NCBI GenBank assembly: GCA_963765125.1
Contig: CAVXUZ010000005.1
Span: 97,596-161,595, forward strand
Reading direction: 5' to 3'
DNA length: 64,000 nucleotides
From: an uncultured candidate division WWE3 bacterium
GTDB lineage: Bacteria; Patescibacteriota; WWE3; UBA101185; UBA10185
Shown in pieces: positions 20,201 to 30,288 of the stretch (position 1 is the stretch's first letter; the number at the start of each line of letters is the position of its first letter). The position numbers and the translations under genes were made by a program. A model generated the notes under the pieces. The model did not search any database. It worked only from the letters and a program-made list of their open reading frames with translations, and had not been told where the DNA came from.

Positions 20201-21700
20201 CTACTGGTTGATGATTTTTAGTGCCTCTATAGATGGTTCGTGTCTAGGATTAATTTCTAAAGCTTTATTAAAATACTCGCGTGCTTTTTCGATATTTCCA
20301 AGCGCTTGCTCTATCGTGCCAAGCTTGTATAAAGTCAAATAATTATTTGGCGTTATTCTATAGACGGCTTCGATATATTTTTTTGCTTCTGCGTAGTTGC
20401 CAACTTCTGCGTAAAGTGAGCCAATATTATGTACTGCCTCATATGAATTTGGATTTAATCTCAAAGCTGTTTGATAACTTTCTAAGGATTTTTCTAAATT
20501 TCCTGTTTGGTGATACAAAACCCCGAGGTTAACGTAACCCTTGTAGTTATTTTTTGAAGTTCTTGTTGTGGCTAAAAGAAGACTTTCGTCACCTTTCCAA
20601 TCAAAAGTCCTTATAAAAGTACGAGTTGCAAAAATAAAGAATATAAAAATAAAAAGCGGAATGAGTAGATTTTGTTTTTTAAATTTTTCTTCTAACTTTA
20701 TAAAAGTCAAAATAAAAAAGAGAGACATAAACGCTGATGATAAATAAAAATATCTTTCAGAAGCGTCGGCGCCTACATCAAATGGGAGTAATAGCGGTAA
20801 GACACTGAGATACGCGCAGAGAAAAAGCGTGAATAATTTCTTTTCGTGTTTGTAGAGAAAGTAAAAAAGAAAAAGTAGTGTAGCTATCGCAATCGTTATT
20901 AAAAAGTAAGTTGCAGTATTTAGAATGATTGGGTTAGGAAAGATGTATAGATTAAAAGGAAAGAATGAAAGGTTTAGCGAGCGCTGAATTATCATACCCT
21001 TAAGTACAAAGAAACTTGGTCTGACGATACTAGACGCCATACCCTCAAGAGCCTCAGCTCTAGACCGCATTATGATTGGAATAATTGTGAGTGCAAAAAT
21101 AACAAAAGGAAGTAAATAAAGACTATATATTTTTATACTCTTAAGATTTATACGATTTTTAAAATAAAATAAATCAATAGCGATAACGATGAGTAATGTG
21201 GTAACTGCCCATGGTGTTTGCACAAATGCCAGATAGAGAACGAATGTAATTACAGAAAACACGAGCCATTTTTTATATTTACTTTGCCTGTAATTAATAA
21301 ATAAATAAATTGTGAGTAAAGAAAAAAATCCATAAAGAAGATACAAAGAACCGGAAATCCATGAAACTGTTTCTGTGGTCACTGGATGCACTGCAAAAAG
21401 AACTGCGGACATAATTGCATACTTATTATCAATTAGTTTCTTCGCTATTAAATACAGAATAAAAGAATTTAATGCGTGAAAAAGTAGAGAAAAGATATGA
21501 AAGATTTGGTTGCTCATACCAAAGAATTTAAAAACCAATGCTTTATAAATTGTGAAAAGATTTAGAGTTGCTAAAGACGCGCTTAGATTTTTTACTTGCG
21601 AGTCATTTATAAAACCTTCTAGATCATCATAAAAGAGAAAATCACCATTTAAGCTATTTCCAAAGATTAGAAAGATCGTAAATAAATAAGAATGAAGCAA
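20201..21700 (-). CDS. TMTC-like GT-C glycosyltransferase with C-terminal TPR repeats
   Basis: YDD, LFAVHPVTTETVSWIS, SERYFY, TPRs (YVNLGVLY..., HNIGSLY...); start uncertain. Confidence 0.88.
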   Translation of the reverse strand: MLHSYLFTIFLIFGNSLNGDFLFYDDLEGFINDSQVKNLSASLATLNLFTIYKALVFKFFGMSNQIFHIFSLLFHALNSFILYLIAKKLIDNKYAIMSAVLFAVHPVTTETVSWISGSLYLLYGFFSLLTIYLFINYRQSKYKKWLVFSVITFVLYLAFVQTPWAVTTLLIVIAIDLFYFKNRINLKSIKIYSLYLLPFVIFALTIIPIIMRSRAEALEGMASSIVRPSFFVLKGMIIQRSLNLSFFPFNLYIFPNPIILNTATYFLITIAIATLLFLFYFLYKHEKKLFTLFLCAYLSVLPLLLPFDVGADASERYFYLSSAFMSLFFILTFIKLEEKFKKQNLLIPLFIFIFFIFATRTFIRTFDWKGDESLLLATTRTSKNNYKGYVNLGVLYHQTGNLEKSLESYQTALRLNPNSYEAVHNIGSLYAEVGNYAEAKKYIEAVYRITPNNYLTLYKLGTIEQALGNIEKAREYFNKALEINPRHEPSIEALKIINQ

Positions 21701-22248
21701 GAATATTGTGTTGGATTAACTTTTTTAGAACCATTCTATTTTCTATTATTGCACACTAATAAGTTGAAAAATTACTATACTTACATGCAACGTGGGAAGA
21801 CCTATACCCTGGCAGTATTTGACACCCAGACGCAGGTACTGGGGTTTCCTCAGATTCTTTTAGGTGAAGGATATTGCACTCCCCTTGGAGAACTAAAAAA
21901 AGATATAAAAAGTGCAATAAAAGGGAAATTTGCTTTAGAGGAACAATACCATTCATACCAAGCAGCTTGTTGATCATGCGTGGCAAGGTTCTGGATTGGG
22001 CAATCAGAATGCATACAGAGCACCAGCTCAGGCAGTTGAATGCTTTTGGACAACTTGTGTAAAAGTTGGAAATGGCGAGCTGACGGCTGAGGAAGGTTTT
22101 GCGTTTTTTGTTGAAATGTGGAATAGGTATTGGGTTGCCCCATAATATCCACAAAGTAAACGGAGCTAAATAAGTTAGATTATCTAACCGCTCCTGAAGA
22201 ATATACGCAAGACTTCATAAAATTCTTATGCGTAAAATGATTTCTCAT

Positions 22249-22295
22249 AGGAGGTATTTGTTGACAATATTGTCGCAGATGCCTCCTGTTTTTTT
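22249..22295 (+). terminator. Strong hairpin plus T-run
   Basis: aggaggtatttgttgacaatattgtcgcagatgcctcct followed by gttttttt. Confidence 0.7.
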
Positions 22296-22396
22296 GTAGG
22301 GTATTTATAGAAGGCTTTATTTATAACTATTTTTTCTTCAAATAAATTTCAATAATTAACGGTCTTCATCAATCTTGATATTTAAAATACCCTATG

Positions 22397-22600
22397 TTAA
22401 GGTTGCCTCAGAGCTACTCGCATGAATCGGTGTTGGGAACAAGAGAAAATATACATTGCAGAGGTCCAATAGACCGATCGGTTGTCAGAATTCTGATGAC
22501 TTGAGTTTTGGTGAAAATGTGCGCCACTTTCTGAAGAACAATAGGAGAAGCTCACTGGGGCTATCAAGTGATAACACCGCTTGGTAGCCCTGAACTTTAA
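22397..22600 (+). ncRNA. Candidate retron-like msr/msd structured RNA
   Basis: Ends are complementary (ttaaggtt/aactttaa, tcagagctac/gtagccctga, cggtgtt/aacaccg); 13-bp hairpin at 22558-22590; directly upstream of the RT. Confidence 0.45.
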
Positions 22601-22619
22601 AAATCTAAGGAGAAGGAGA

Positions 22620-23572
22620 ATGAGTAGAGGAGAAAAACGAGTTATTGAGACTTGGGAATACGCAAGTTTGGCGTGGTTATCAAAAGAGGCCAAAATTAAT
22701 GTTTGGACGTTGAGCGCAGTACTAACTAAATGTCGAACGGAGTCTTTAATTGATCGTCTCTATCGTACGGTAGAAGTACCAAAACACGGTGGTGGTAAGC
22801 GCGTAATATCTGTTCCTGACCCAGACTTACTCAAAGTGCAAAAGGCTATTAATGATCGCATTTTGAAAGAACTGCCTAGACCATCCATGCGCGTTTGGTT
22901 TTTCCGGAGGTAGCATTATTGAAGCTATTAGACCGCACTTGAAAAACAAAGTGTTGTATTCCTTTGATGTAGTAAATGCATTCGGGCAAATAGAACGTCA
23001 ATATCTTCGGTATGCACTTCGTGGACATTCTTTCAAAGATAATTGAAGAAGTACTTTTTGATCTTGCCTTTTGGAAAGGAAATCTTCCACAAGGGTCGGC
23101 AATGAGCCCAAGACTATTTGACCAGGCTTTTTATAAAACTGACACGCGAATTGCACGGCTAGCTAAGAAACTTGGAGGTGTTTACACACGCTACGCAGAC
23201 AACATCTTTTTTTCTTTACCAAGGAACCACTTTCCAGCAAAATTGCAGAGTGCTGCTCTTCGTCGAGTGCGGGCATTGGATGGGTATTTTTTCGATTGCC
23301 ACGAATTTTCAATTCGTAGATTGGACAAAGGCGCGGTTAGAATTTTGGGACTAAACATAATAAACGGAGAGCTAAGCGCTACCCGTGATTATAAGCGCAA
23401 CCTTCGCCTTGCTGTGCATCACGTAAATTACTTGGTTGACAACGAGCTTCCTTATTTCATTGAATGGTCGCGTCTCCAAGGACAAATGGCTTTTGGTGTT
23501 TTAGGTTTCTTACCAAATTCATTAATAGAAGCTTATTCATCATTAGAAGAAAGAATTAGTAACACAAAATAA
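22620..23572 (+). CDS. Retron-like reverse transcriptase, two frameshifts as sequenced, YADN active-site variant
   Basis: PKHGGGKRVISVP..LLKVQKAI / AFGFSGGSIIEAIRPH..FDVVNAF / LPQGSAMSP..YTRYADNIFFS..VRILGL across three frames; AAGGAG RBS. Confidence 0.88.
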
Positions 23573-23574
23573 TA

Positions 23575-23616
23575 ACGTCTAGATTTCCCACAAAGGAACC
23601 TGGACGTTTTTTTTTG
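23575..23616 (+). terminator. Intrinsic terminator of the RT gene
   Basis: aacgtctag...ctggacgtt followed by a T-run. Confidence 0.75.
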
Positions 23617-23675
23617 CAATGTTTCATCGAAATGAATAGTGAGATTGTTTAGTAGCTCTAAAAAACGTATATTTA

Positions 23676-23712
23676 AAAAAACACCCAGAAGTTTTTAAGG
23701 TTTCTGGGTGTT
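23676..23712 (-). terminator. Intrinsic terminator
   Basis: aacacccagaa...ttctgggtgtt with A-run. Confidence 0.75.
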
Positions 23713-23719
23713 CAATGCT

Positions 23720-24289
23720 TCAGACTTCATTTGAAAGTTCAAAATTTCTTTCGAAGTAATCTGCAGGCAACCGATTTTTGAGTATTTCTCCCCGTTCTTG
23801 AAGTGAGAGTTTATACCAATCTGGTACATCAGTTAAATGCCCAATTATACAAATCCACTCCAATCTGTCTTTTTTGTCCAGTGTGCTTGATCCAAATGTG
23901 GTGATTTTGCGAAAAAGGTTGTAAGAACCACCACCTATAGTTTGAAACTCAGGCCAACCTAGCGATGCACCTCCACCATCGGTTATTTGGGGCATGAATT
24001 CGTAGCTAACATCCAGAAGAGTCTGTGCTGGTTTTCCTCCTTTTAGCCACCATTTAATATCCTCTCTTATCTTTTCTTCTTTTTCTGCTCTCTGTTTCTG
24101 TTTTAGTTTCTGTCTCTGTTTTAAATTTAAATAGAGTTTAAAACCTAAAATGAAGACAGCAAAAACAAAAGCGGGTATTAACGAAAAAAGAAAGGAATTT
24201 TCTTTGTATGACGAGTACCCAATTAACACGCAAACTGCGTAAAACAAAGCAACTTCCCAAATGGGACTAAATTCTCTGAGCTTTTTCAT
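23720..24289 (-). CDS. Hypothetical protein, two N-terminal TM helices
   Basis: GAGGAG RBS; 2 hydrophobic segments then a charged linker. Confidence 0.75.
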   Translation of the reverse strand: MKKLREFSPIWEVALFYAVCVLIGYSSYKENSFLFSLIPAFVFAVFILGFKLYLNLKQRQKLKQKQRAEKEEKIREDIKWWLKGGKPAQTLLDVSYEFMPQITDGGGASLGWPEFQTIGGGSYNLFRKITTFGSSTLDKKDRLEWICIIGHLTDVPDWYKLSLQERGEILKNRLPADYFERNFELSNEV

Positions 24290-24618
24290 CTCCGACTCCT
24301 CGTGTAGTTTTTGTTTTAACTGTAAGTAAAATTAGGGTTATTATATCAGTAATATTGCTATAAGTCTAATTAACGGTCTGAACCCTTGTAGTTCTAACGG
24401 CAGAGAACGCGCAAATACAATTCTTTCGCTACCGATTGCTTTATAGTAATTCGTACTGTAGTGTCAAATGTTGTTCCAATCAACTACGTTAATTGTTTCG
24501 ATCTAAGTCACATTTAAAAAAACTTGAAAATTCTATAAATGAACTAGCAGTAATTATGTTTACGCACATTGTAAATACTATTGACAAGAGCTATGGAAGC
24601 TCTAATAATAATATTACT

Positions 24619-25017
24619 ATGTTTAATAATGAAAGTTCTTCACAAATACCAGATAGCGCAGATGAGGCTATACATGAGGAAAAAAGTCTAGAAAATAATC
24701 CCGAATCTTTGCAGTTAATTTGTGAAGCTGCAAAAAAATCAGGCAAAGACCTACCTTTATTTTTGCTTGACGTTGGCGCGCAAATGATAAGATACCGAAA
24801 TGATTACGATGAATCTGTAAAAAAAGAAAGAGATCTAGGCGTTGAAAGATACAGACCGGATCCTTCTATTGATCCTAAATTTCAGCAAGAGTTGTTAAGG
24901 AATTCCATAATGACTGTGGAAACTGGCGTGGTTGGACCTAATGATAGCCTCATTGATACATGGGTTGCTTCGATTAAAAAGCTACGCGATGAGGGTAAAC
25001 TGCAGGATAAGCATTAA
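24619..25017 (+). CDS. Hypothetical protein
   Basis: Open frame 24493..25017; probable start MFNNESS at 24619. Confidence 0.6.
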   Translation: MFNNESSSQIPDSADEAIHEEKSLENNPESLQLICEAAKKSGKDLPLFLLDVGAQMIRYRNDYDESVKKERDLGVERYRPDPSIDPKFQQELLRNSIMTVETGVVGPNDSLIDTWVASIKKLRDEGKLQDKH

Positions 25018-25491
25018 GCAAAGCCTTATAACAAGTAAGTAAGTAATTTCTCAGTACTATTTATTAAGTTAACGATTTAACTTGTGTTAGACGCGTGTGG
25101 ATGTTATCCGTGCTTTTTTTCTATTTTTTTGTTATCCAAGTGGATTACTATTTAATTAGTTTGATTACATTTAATAAAACCCTTATAGATTGGCTTTGAC
25201 TTGAAAGTATTAAGATATTCTAAATTGAATAATCATGCTCCATTGCTTCTGTTGTCATAAGTAAATCTGGTAATGTTTCTTCCAATGCCTTTGTGATGGT
25301 AATCCAACCCTTTACTATCCAGTTAACATTGTTTCTAGCGCTATGTAGCAGCAGATTAGGTTATGTCAGTCATTTATTAAACCATCTCAAAGTAATGCAT
25401 CTTTCACAATGCTACCTCTTATTACCTTTAATCGAAGAAGGACCTTACTACTATTTAGTGTTAGTACTTTTGAAATGAGATTTGCTAAACT

Positions 25492-25512
25492 TGGTTGTGG
25501 TGACAGGACTTG
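25492..25512 (-). repeat. Degenerate duplicate of the tRNA-Pro 3' end (att-like)
   Basis: tggttgtggtgacaggacttg vs tggtcggggtgacaggacttg at 26215. Confidence 0.8.
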
Positions 25513-25595
25513 GTCAAGAGTTTAAGGCCCGTTAATTCACGTTGTTCATAAGTGTAAGTAAGCTCGTGCTCCCTTTTTTTTCGCTGGGTTCAGCC

Positions 25596-26186
25596 CTAAT
25601 TATTTAAGTCTTGTAACAAACAAAAAAGTGTGTTGTCCAAGTTCCGCATTTTACAACAAAATATACTAACTTGATTTTTTAAAGTTTCAAAATAGTCATT
25701 AGACTTTGGGTCCTCGTATTTGTCGTAAGCTTCTTGAATAAGCATTGTCAACTCATGCAACCATGATTCATAGAGTCTAGTATCCATGCTCTTCATAGTA
25801 GGTGAAAGCGCGTTATCTTCAATTTCAGCACTAATTGGTAGGGGAAAACTTTTTGGGTACTTTTGTGATAGATACACGAAAAAATTATCTGCTATGGAAA
25901 GTCTCTCGTCGAGTTTAGGCATTTCGGGCGCGTCTTGAATGGGTACAGGAAAACCCGCACTTTTAAATTCCGATACCTCAATCATATTTCTGGCTAGTTG
26001 TTTTTGAAACTCAGGATCTAATATACTCTGGGTCTCAGTGTTATAGCCGCTCTTTTTAATTTCTTCAGCCCAGTAGCTATTTTGTAGTAATCCCCCATCG
26101 AGCTTCTTGTCCAAGTAATCATAATTTATGGGTTTTTCATTTTCGGTGTGGGTGTCTTCTTGATTATAAGTCTCAAAGTTAAGCAT
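25596..26186 (-). CDS. Hypothetical protein
   Basis: 196-aa ORF between tRNA-Pro and its 3' duplicate. Confidence 0.7.
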   Translation of the reverse strand: MLNFETYNQEDTHTENEKPINYDYLDKKLDGGLLQNSYWAEEIKKSGYNTETQSILDPEFQKQLARNMIEVSEFKSAGFPVPIQDAPEMPKLDERLSIADNFFVYLSQKYPKSFPLPISAEIEDNALSPTMKSMDTRLYESWLHELTMLIQEAYDKYEDPKSNDYFETLKNQVSIFCCKMRNLDNTLFCLLQDLNN

Positions 26187-26214
26187 AAAGTGTTTTCTTT
26201 CTACTAATTATTTC

Positions 26215-26291
26215 TGGTCGGGGTGACAGGACTTGAACCTGCGACCTCGCGGTCCCAAACCGCGCGCTCTAGCCAACTGAGCTACACCCCG
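26215..26291 (-). tRNA. tRNA-Pro(TGG)
   Basis: CGGGGTGTAGCTCAG...CGCGG-TTTGGGA-CCGCG...GGTTCAAGTCC...GACCA. Confidence 0.96.
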
Positions 26292-26336
26292 TAAATTTAA
26301 CAATAAAGTCTACGCCATTTTAGCACAAGAAATGTT

Positions 26337-26633
26337 TTATTTGTTGGTTGGGTTGTACATGTTTTTTCTCGTGATTGCACCTATGCAGATGGTTTGTAGT
26401 TCACCTGTGTTTGTTGTATTTTTGATTTTTATTTCAAGACCACTACATTTGCAGATTTGGTATACCCCGTTTCTAATGGTTGTTTTTTCACAATTTAGTA
26501 TTCCAGACATAATTACTACAAAACTGATGACAACAATCGTTAATACTGTTCCACCAAAAATTATTAACCAATGGTCTTTTAGATATTCTTTTTGGTCTTC
26601 TGTTAAATTAAAGTTGATGCTTCGTATGTTCAT
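26337..26633 (-). CDS. Small membrane protein with 4 Cys
   Basis: One TM helix; ATGA overlap with the upstream gene. Confidence 0.7.
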   Translation of the reverse strand: MNIRSINFNLTEDQKEYLKDHWLIIFGGTVLTIVVISFVVIMSGILNCEKTTIRNGVYQICKCSGLEIKIKNTTNTGELQTICIGAITRKNMYNPTNK

Positions 26634-27328
26634 AGTTCAGGTATTAACTCACTTAGTATAACGCTAAAAGGTTTTGATTCGTAGACTAATCTCTTGTTAT
26701 TAACTAAATCTACAAGATGAATTTTAATTGTGTATTCGCATTCTTTATCAATACTACACTGTGCAAAATCAACTGCGTCTTCATCAAGATTTCGCGAAAA
26801 CTCTGAAACAACAAAAACGTCATTGTTAAGAAAGTAACCTCTATCGAAATAACAATTAAAGGATGTATTACAATCAACAACTCTAGCATTTATGATTTTA
26901 TCGTCGCGGACTCCATAAAAATGCACTTGGTTTGGTTTGTACCCATCTCTTTCAATGTTTCTATAATCTAAAAATAGTCTTTCGCTTGGTGAAAATACAA
27001 CCTTCTTTAAATTTTTGTGCGCTTCGATATTTTTTAAAAACTCCTCTTCCCTCCCCGGCTCTTCATAAGAAAGAACTGTCATCCACTTTGTATTATAAAT
27101 TTCGTTTTCTTCTTTTAATTCAAAATCGTCTGCGTTAATTTCAGTTAAATCGTTATTTTTTAAGTTTGTAATCCATCTTTGAAAACTGTTATGTTCTTCA
27201 ACTTTTGAGGGGAGTTTTGATCTGTCGATAGAAAATTGTTGGTAGAAATTTATTGCAACGCCGCAAATCACCAAACCAAATAATAAACCAACAATGAGAT
27301 TATCAATTTTAACTTTTTTCATAGGCAA
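26630..27328 (-). CDS. Hypothetical membrane-anchored protein
   Basis: N-terminal TM, 232 aa. Confidence 0.75.
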   Translation of the reverse strand: MPMKKVKIDNLIVGLLFGLVICGVAINFYQQFSIDRSKLPSKVEEHNSFQRWITNLKNNDLTEINADDFELKEENEIYNTKWMTVLSYEEPGREEEFLKNIEAHKNLKKVVFSPSERLFLDYRNIERDGYKPNQVHFYGVRDDKIINARVVDCNTSFNCYFDRGYFLNNDVFVVSEFSRNLDEDAVDFAQCSIDKECEYTIKIHLVDLVNNKRLVYESKPFSVILSELIPEL

Positions 27329-27467
27329 TCTTTATTATACAGCGAAGGTTTTATATCTTACTAGCAAGAATAATGCGTGGCGACCAAAACAGGCAATATG
27401 AGCATTTTAGGTTGCTTTTGGACTGAAAGTTCTATATTATGGGCTAACCCCCCGAAAGGAGATACAT

Positions 27468-28103
27468 ATGAAAAGACAAATCGACGAAGGATTTTGCGGT
27501 CCTGCGGTGCTACAGCATTTTCTCAACATTTACGGGCATTCCGTGTCACAGAACAACATTGCCGATATACTAGGCGGGTATAGCAATGTTAAAACGCATG
27601 GTGTAACCACAAATGAGATGGCCGTAGCCTTGAATAGTATCAACCCAGATCTTGTTATTTGGGAGAAAGAAAATTCAACTTGGCGCGACGCTGCAATACT
27701 ACTTAATAAATACAGCGATGAACCAGCCGGAAACGGTGTTGTTATAAATATTCAAGGAATCTACGTTGATGCAGATATGCTAGTACCTGGAGCAGCGGAA
27801 CAGATAAAAATCGTGTCTGACTCGTCTGTGGGTAATGAGCCGGTAAGTGACGCCGATATTATTAAAAGGGCGTTAGAAGAAGATAACGGCCATTTCATCG
27901 TTGTTACAAATATTTATGATAACGGTCAGGTAAGATTTTTAGATCCTTCTTTTAGCTACCCAAGAATTTTAGGTAGAAACACATTAAGTAGACGCTGGTG
28001 GGAGGTTTTTGAGACGCAAATACTTAAAAACGTTATGCTTGTGTTAGTGAAAAAGGGAGATAATTTTCCATCTGAGTTGGGGTTCGTAGAGGTCATCGCC
28101 TAG
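27468..28103 (+). CDS. Peptidase C39-like cysteine protease
   Basis: Q....CGPA (Cys), GHFIVV (His), FLDPS (Asp); AAGGAG RBS. Confidence 0.8.
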   Translation: MKRQIDEGFCGPAVLQHFLNIYGHSVSQNNIADILGGYSNVKTHGVTTNEMAVALNSINPDLVIWEKENSTWRDAAILLNKYSDEPAGNGVVINIQGIYVDADMLVPGAAEQIKIVSDSSVGNEPVSDADIIKRALEEDNGHFIVVTNIYDNGQVRFLDPSFSYPRILGRNTLSRRWWEVFETQILKNVMLVLVKKGDNFPSELGFVEVIA

Positions 28104-28135
28104 GCTGTTACCATCCGCTAAATAGCAGCCTATTT

Positions 28136-29143
28136 TTAGATCGAAACACTTTTAATCATATTTTGCCACTTTTCGTAGGAATTTTTCATTTCATTGATAA
28201 ATCTTTCTTCTTCACCATATTTATTATCAAATCTTTTTAAAAGATCAAGATAAAACAAAATAGATTTCCACTTTGCAATTGTGTAATAGAATAAAAGTGC
28301 AAAATCTACCGTCTTAGGATTTATATTTTTAAACCACTCCGCCTTAATACTTTCGTTAAAAAGTTTTCGATACTCCCCTGCTTTTTCAAATGGTAGAAAA
28401 TCATAAAAAATCGAAACTGCGTCGCTCACATCTTTTAATGGATTTCCATATTTCACATGATCCCAATCTATTAATGAAATAACATTTCTTGATTTATGGT
28501 CGATCAAAATGTTTCTCGGGTTAATATCGTTGTGAATAATTGAGCGAATGTCTAATTTATTAAGCGTACTCTCGTAACCTGTTTTTAAAGATTTATAAAG
28601 ATCTAAAATATCGCTAATTTCTAATATACTATTTTTCTCAAGTAATTCTTTTTCTGTTATCAACTGGTCTAATGTATCTACACCGTTTTTTTGAGTGGTT
28701 TGGCATAGATCAAGATTTTTTAAACTCTCATTAGAAAGTGACGCAGATACATATTCATTTATATGCTCAGCCAAAGTGCTAACAGTGCTTTTTTCGTATT
28801 CGTTTACGTGTGACTGCGCGCCTGAAATATACGTCATTAGGTTCCAGTAATAACCACACTGTTGATGAAAGATTTCTCCTGATTTTGTAAGAATTGGACG
28901 TCGTGCCTCTATACCATTTGCGATTAGAGCGTTACAGACTTTTACCTCATTATCATACCCAGAAATCTGCTCAGGAGTTTTAGCCTTTAAAATATAATTA
29001 TCATCAGCGCATACTAAAAGATAAAGATAGGCAGAACTCCACCCTTGATATTTATCCATATCAATAATTTCATATTCAACAATGTTTGAATTAAAATTAC
29101 TTATTACTGATTCTAGATCTGATTCTGAAATTGGATTGGGCAT
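28136..29143 (-). CDS. APH/homoserine-kinase-type phosphotransferase
   Basis: YILK, IIHNDINPRNIL, LIDWD. Confidence 0.85.
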   Translation of the reverse strand: MPNPISESDLESVISNFNSNIVEYEIIDMDKYQGWSSAYLYLLVCADDNYILKAKTPEQISGYDNEVKVCNALIANGIEARRPILTKSGEIFHQQCGYYWNLMTYISGAQSHVNEYEKSTVSTLAEHINEYVSASLSNESLKNLDLCQTTQKNGVDTLDQLITEKELLEKNSILEISDILDLYKSLKTGYESTLNKLDIRSIIHNDINPRNILIDHKSRNVISLIDWDHVKYGNPLKDVSDAVSIFYDFLPFEKAGEYRKLFNESIKAEWFKNINPKTVDFALLFYYTIAKWKSILFYLDLLKRFDNKYGEEERFINEMKNSYEKWQNMIKSVSI

Positions 29144-29180
29144 TATAACTATTATAGACCTTGAAGAAGAAGAAAAAAGA

Positions 29181-29798
29181 CTAATTTAATAATATTTCAA
29201 TGTTTTTGTAAAGTTCATCAACGTAATTACGCACTTTAGGTATATTTTCTATATTTTTTATTTCACGGAATGTTTCTTCCAAGTTATATTTTGGTACACC
29301 GATAGCTTGTAAAAATAAAGATACACTTTCAGTGTCTGGAGTTTTTAACAAATATTTTTTCAGAGTGCTGTGCCATTTAAGAATAATGTTAGGGTCTATA
29401 CCCGACTCTAATTCTTCTTTTACGGGGTCTCCAAAAATATTTATAAAAAAAGTCCAATCGTTAATTTTGTCGTAAAACGAAATATCTTCGAATAGCTTAA
29501 CAGTCTGAAACGCATTGTTACCCTGTTCTAGATATTGATAAATATTATGAGAAAAAAGAAAATCTTCCCTAATGTTGTCAATCAACGCATGCAATTTTAC
29601 ACCTGTAGTAAACGCATTACAATTTGCTAGATCTTCAATGCTGTTCACTTCTGGGTGAGTTTCCTGTCTTCCTATTGGTGCTATGTATCTAATGTCAGGA
29701 AAACTAGTTCCTAAGAAAAAGCATGCTTTGTCCAAGTGACTGAACAGTTTATCGTAAATTTTATTTGCCAAAACTATATGCGTAATTGGTGCCGCCAT
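29181..29798 (-). CDS. Zn-dependent phospholipase C-like hydrolase
   Basis: MAAPITH, GTSFPDIRY..RQETH, KLHALID. Confidence 0.7.
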   Translation of the reverse strand: MAAPITHIVLANKIYDKLFSHLDKACFFLGTSFPDIRYIAPIGRQETHPEVNSIEDLANCNAFTTGVKLHALIDNIREDFLFSHNIYQYLEQGNNAFQTVKLFEDISFYDKINDWTFFINIFGDPVKEELESGIDPNIILKWHSTLKKYLLKTPDTESVSLFLQAIGVPKYNLEETFREIKNIENIPKVRNYVDELYKNIEILLN

Positions 29799-29908
29799 AA
29801 TCAAATTGTAGTAAATCTATCTTAAAAAAAACAGTACTTCGCAAACGTCAATTTTAGAGGCTTTTAGTGCCTTAGAAAAAGCAAATGTGCATACTGTATA
29901 ATTAACAC

Positions 29909-30229
29909 ATGAAATTTAATTTAAGATTTGTATATTTGTATTTAGTCTCATTTATTGGTTTAGTAGTATGCGTTGTTGCGTTGGTTAGCCTTGTTGATTT
30001 GGGTATTAAATCTACATTGTTTAAAGACGCAGATAAGTATGAGTATTACAACCCAGGTGTTGAAGACATCAAATATGACGAAGAATTGGCAAAAAGATCA
30101 GCGGAAGTAGAACAAGCACGATCTAGACAACGCACAGTTTCAAACTCTGTAGCTATGTTATTAGTTGGTGCACCTCTCTATTTATACCACTGGAGAGTAA
30201 TTCAGAGGGAGTTTAAAAAGATTAGTTAG
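29909..30229 (+). CDS. Small membrane protein (DUF5671-like)
   Basis: YLYLVSFIGL...VGAPLYLYHW. Confidence 0.75.
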   Translation: MKFNLRFVYLYLVSFIGLVVCVVALVSLVDLGIKSTLFKDADKYEYYNPGVEDIKYDEELAKRSAEVEQARSRQRTVSNSVAMLLVGAPLYLYHWRVIQREFKKIS

Positions 30230-30288
30230 TATTTTTATTTGGTGGACTAGAAGCGACGACGTGTTAACTATTTAGGAATTTTAGTACT

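Noticed and set aside
22620-23572. Group II intron or diversity-generating retroelement
   Set aside because: The protein is short with no maturase domain, I saw no domain V-like hairpin, and I found no TR/VR pair or avd-like gene by eye.
27468-28103. C39-like peptidase as part of the RiPP loci
   Set aside because: It lies about 7 kb away, outside the cassette, with no evidence of linkage.
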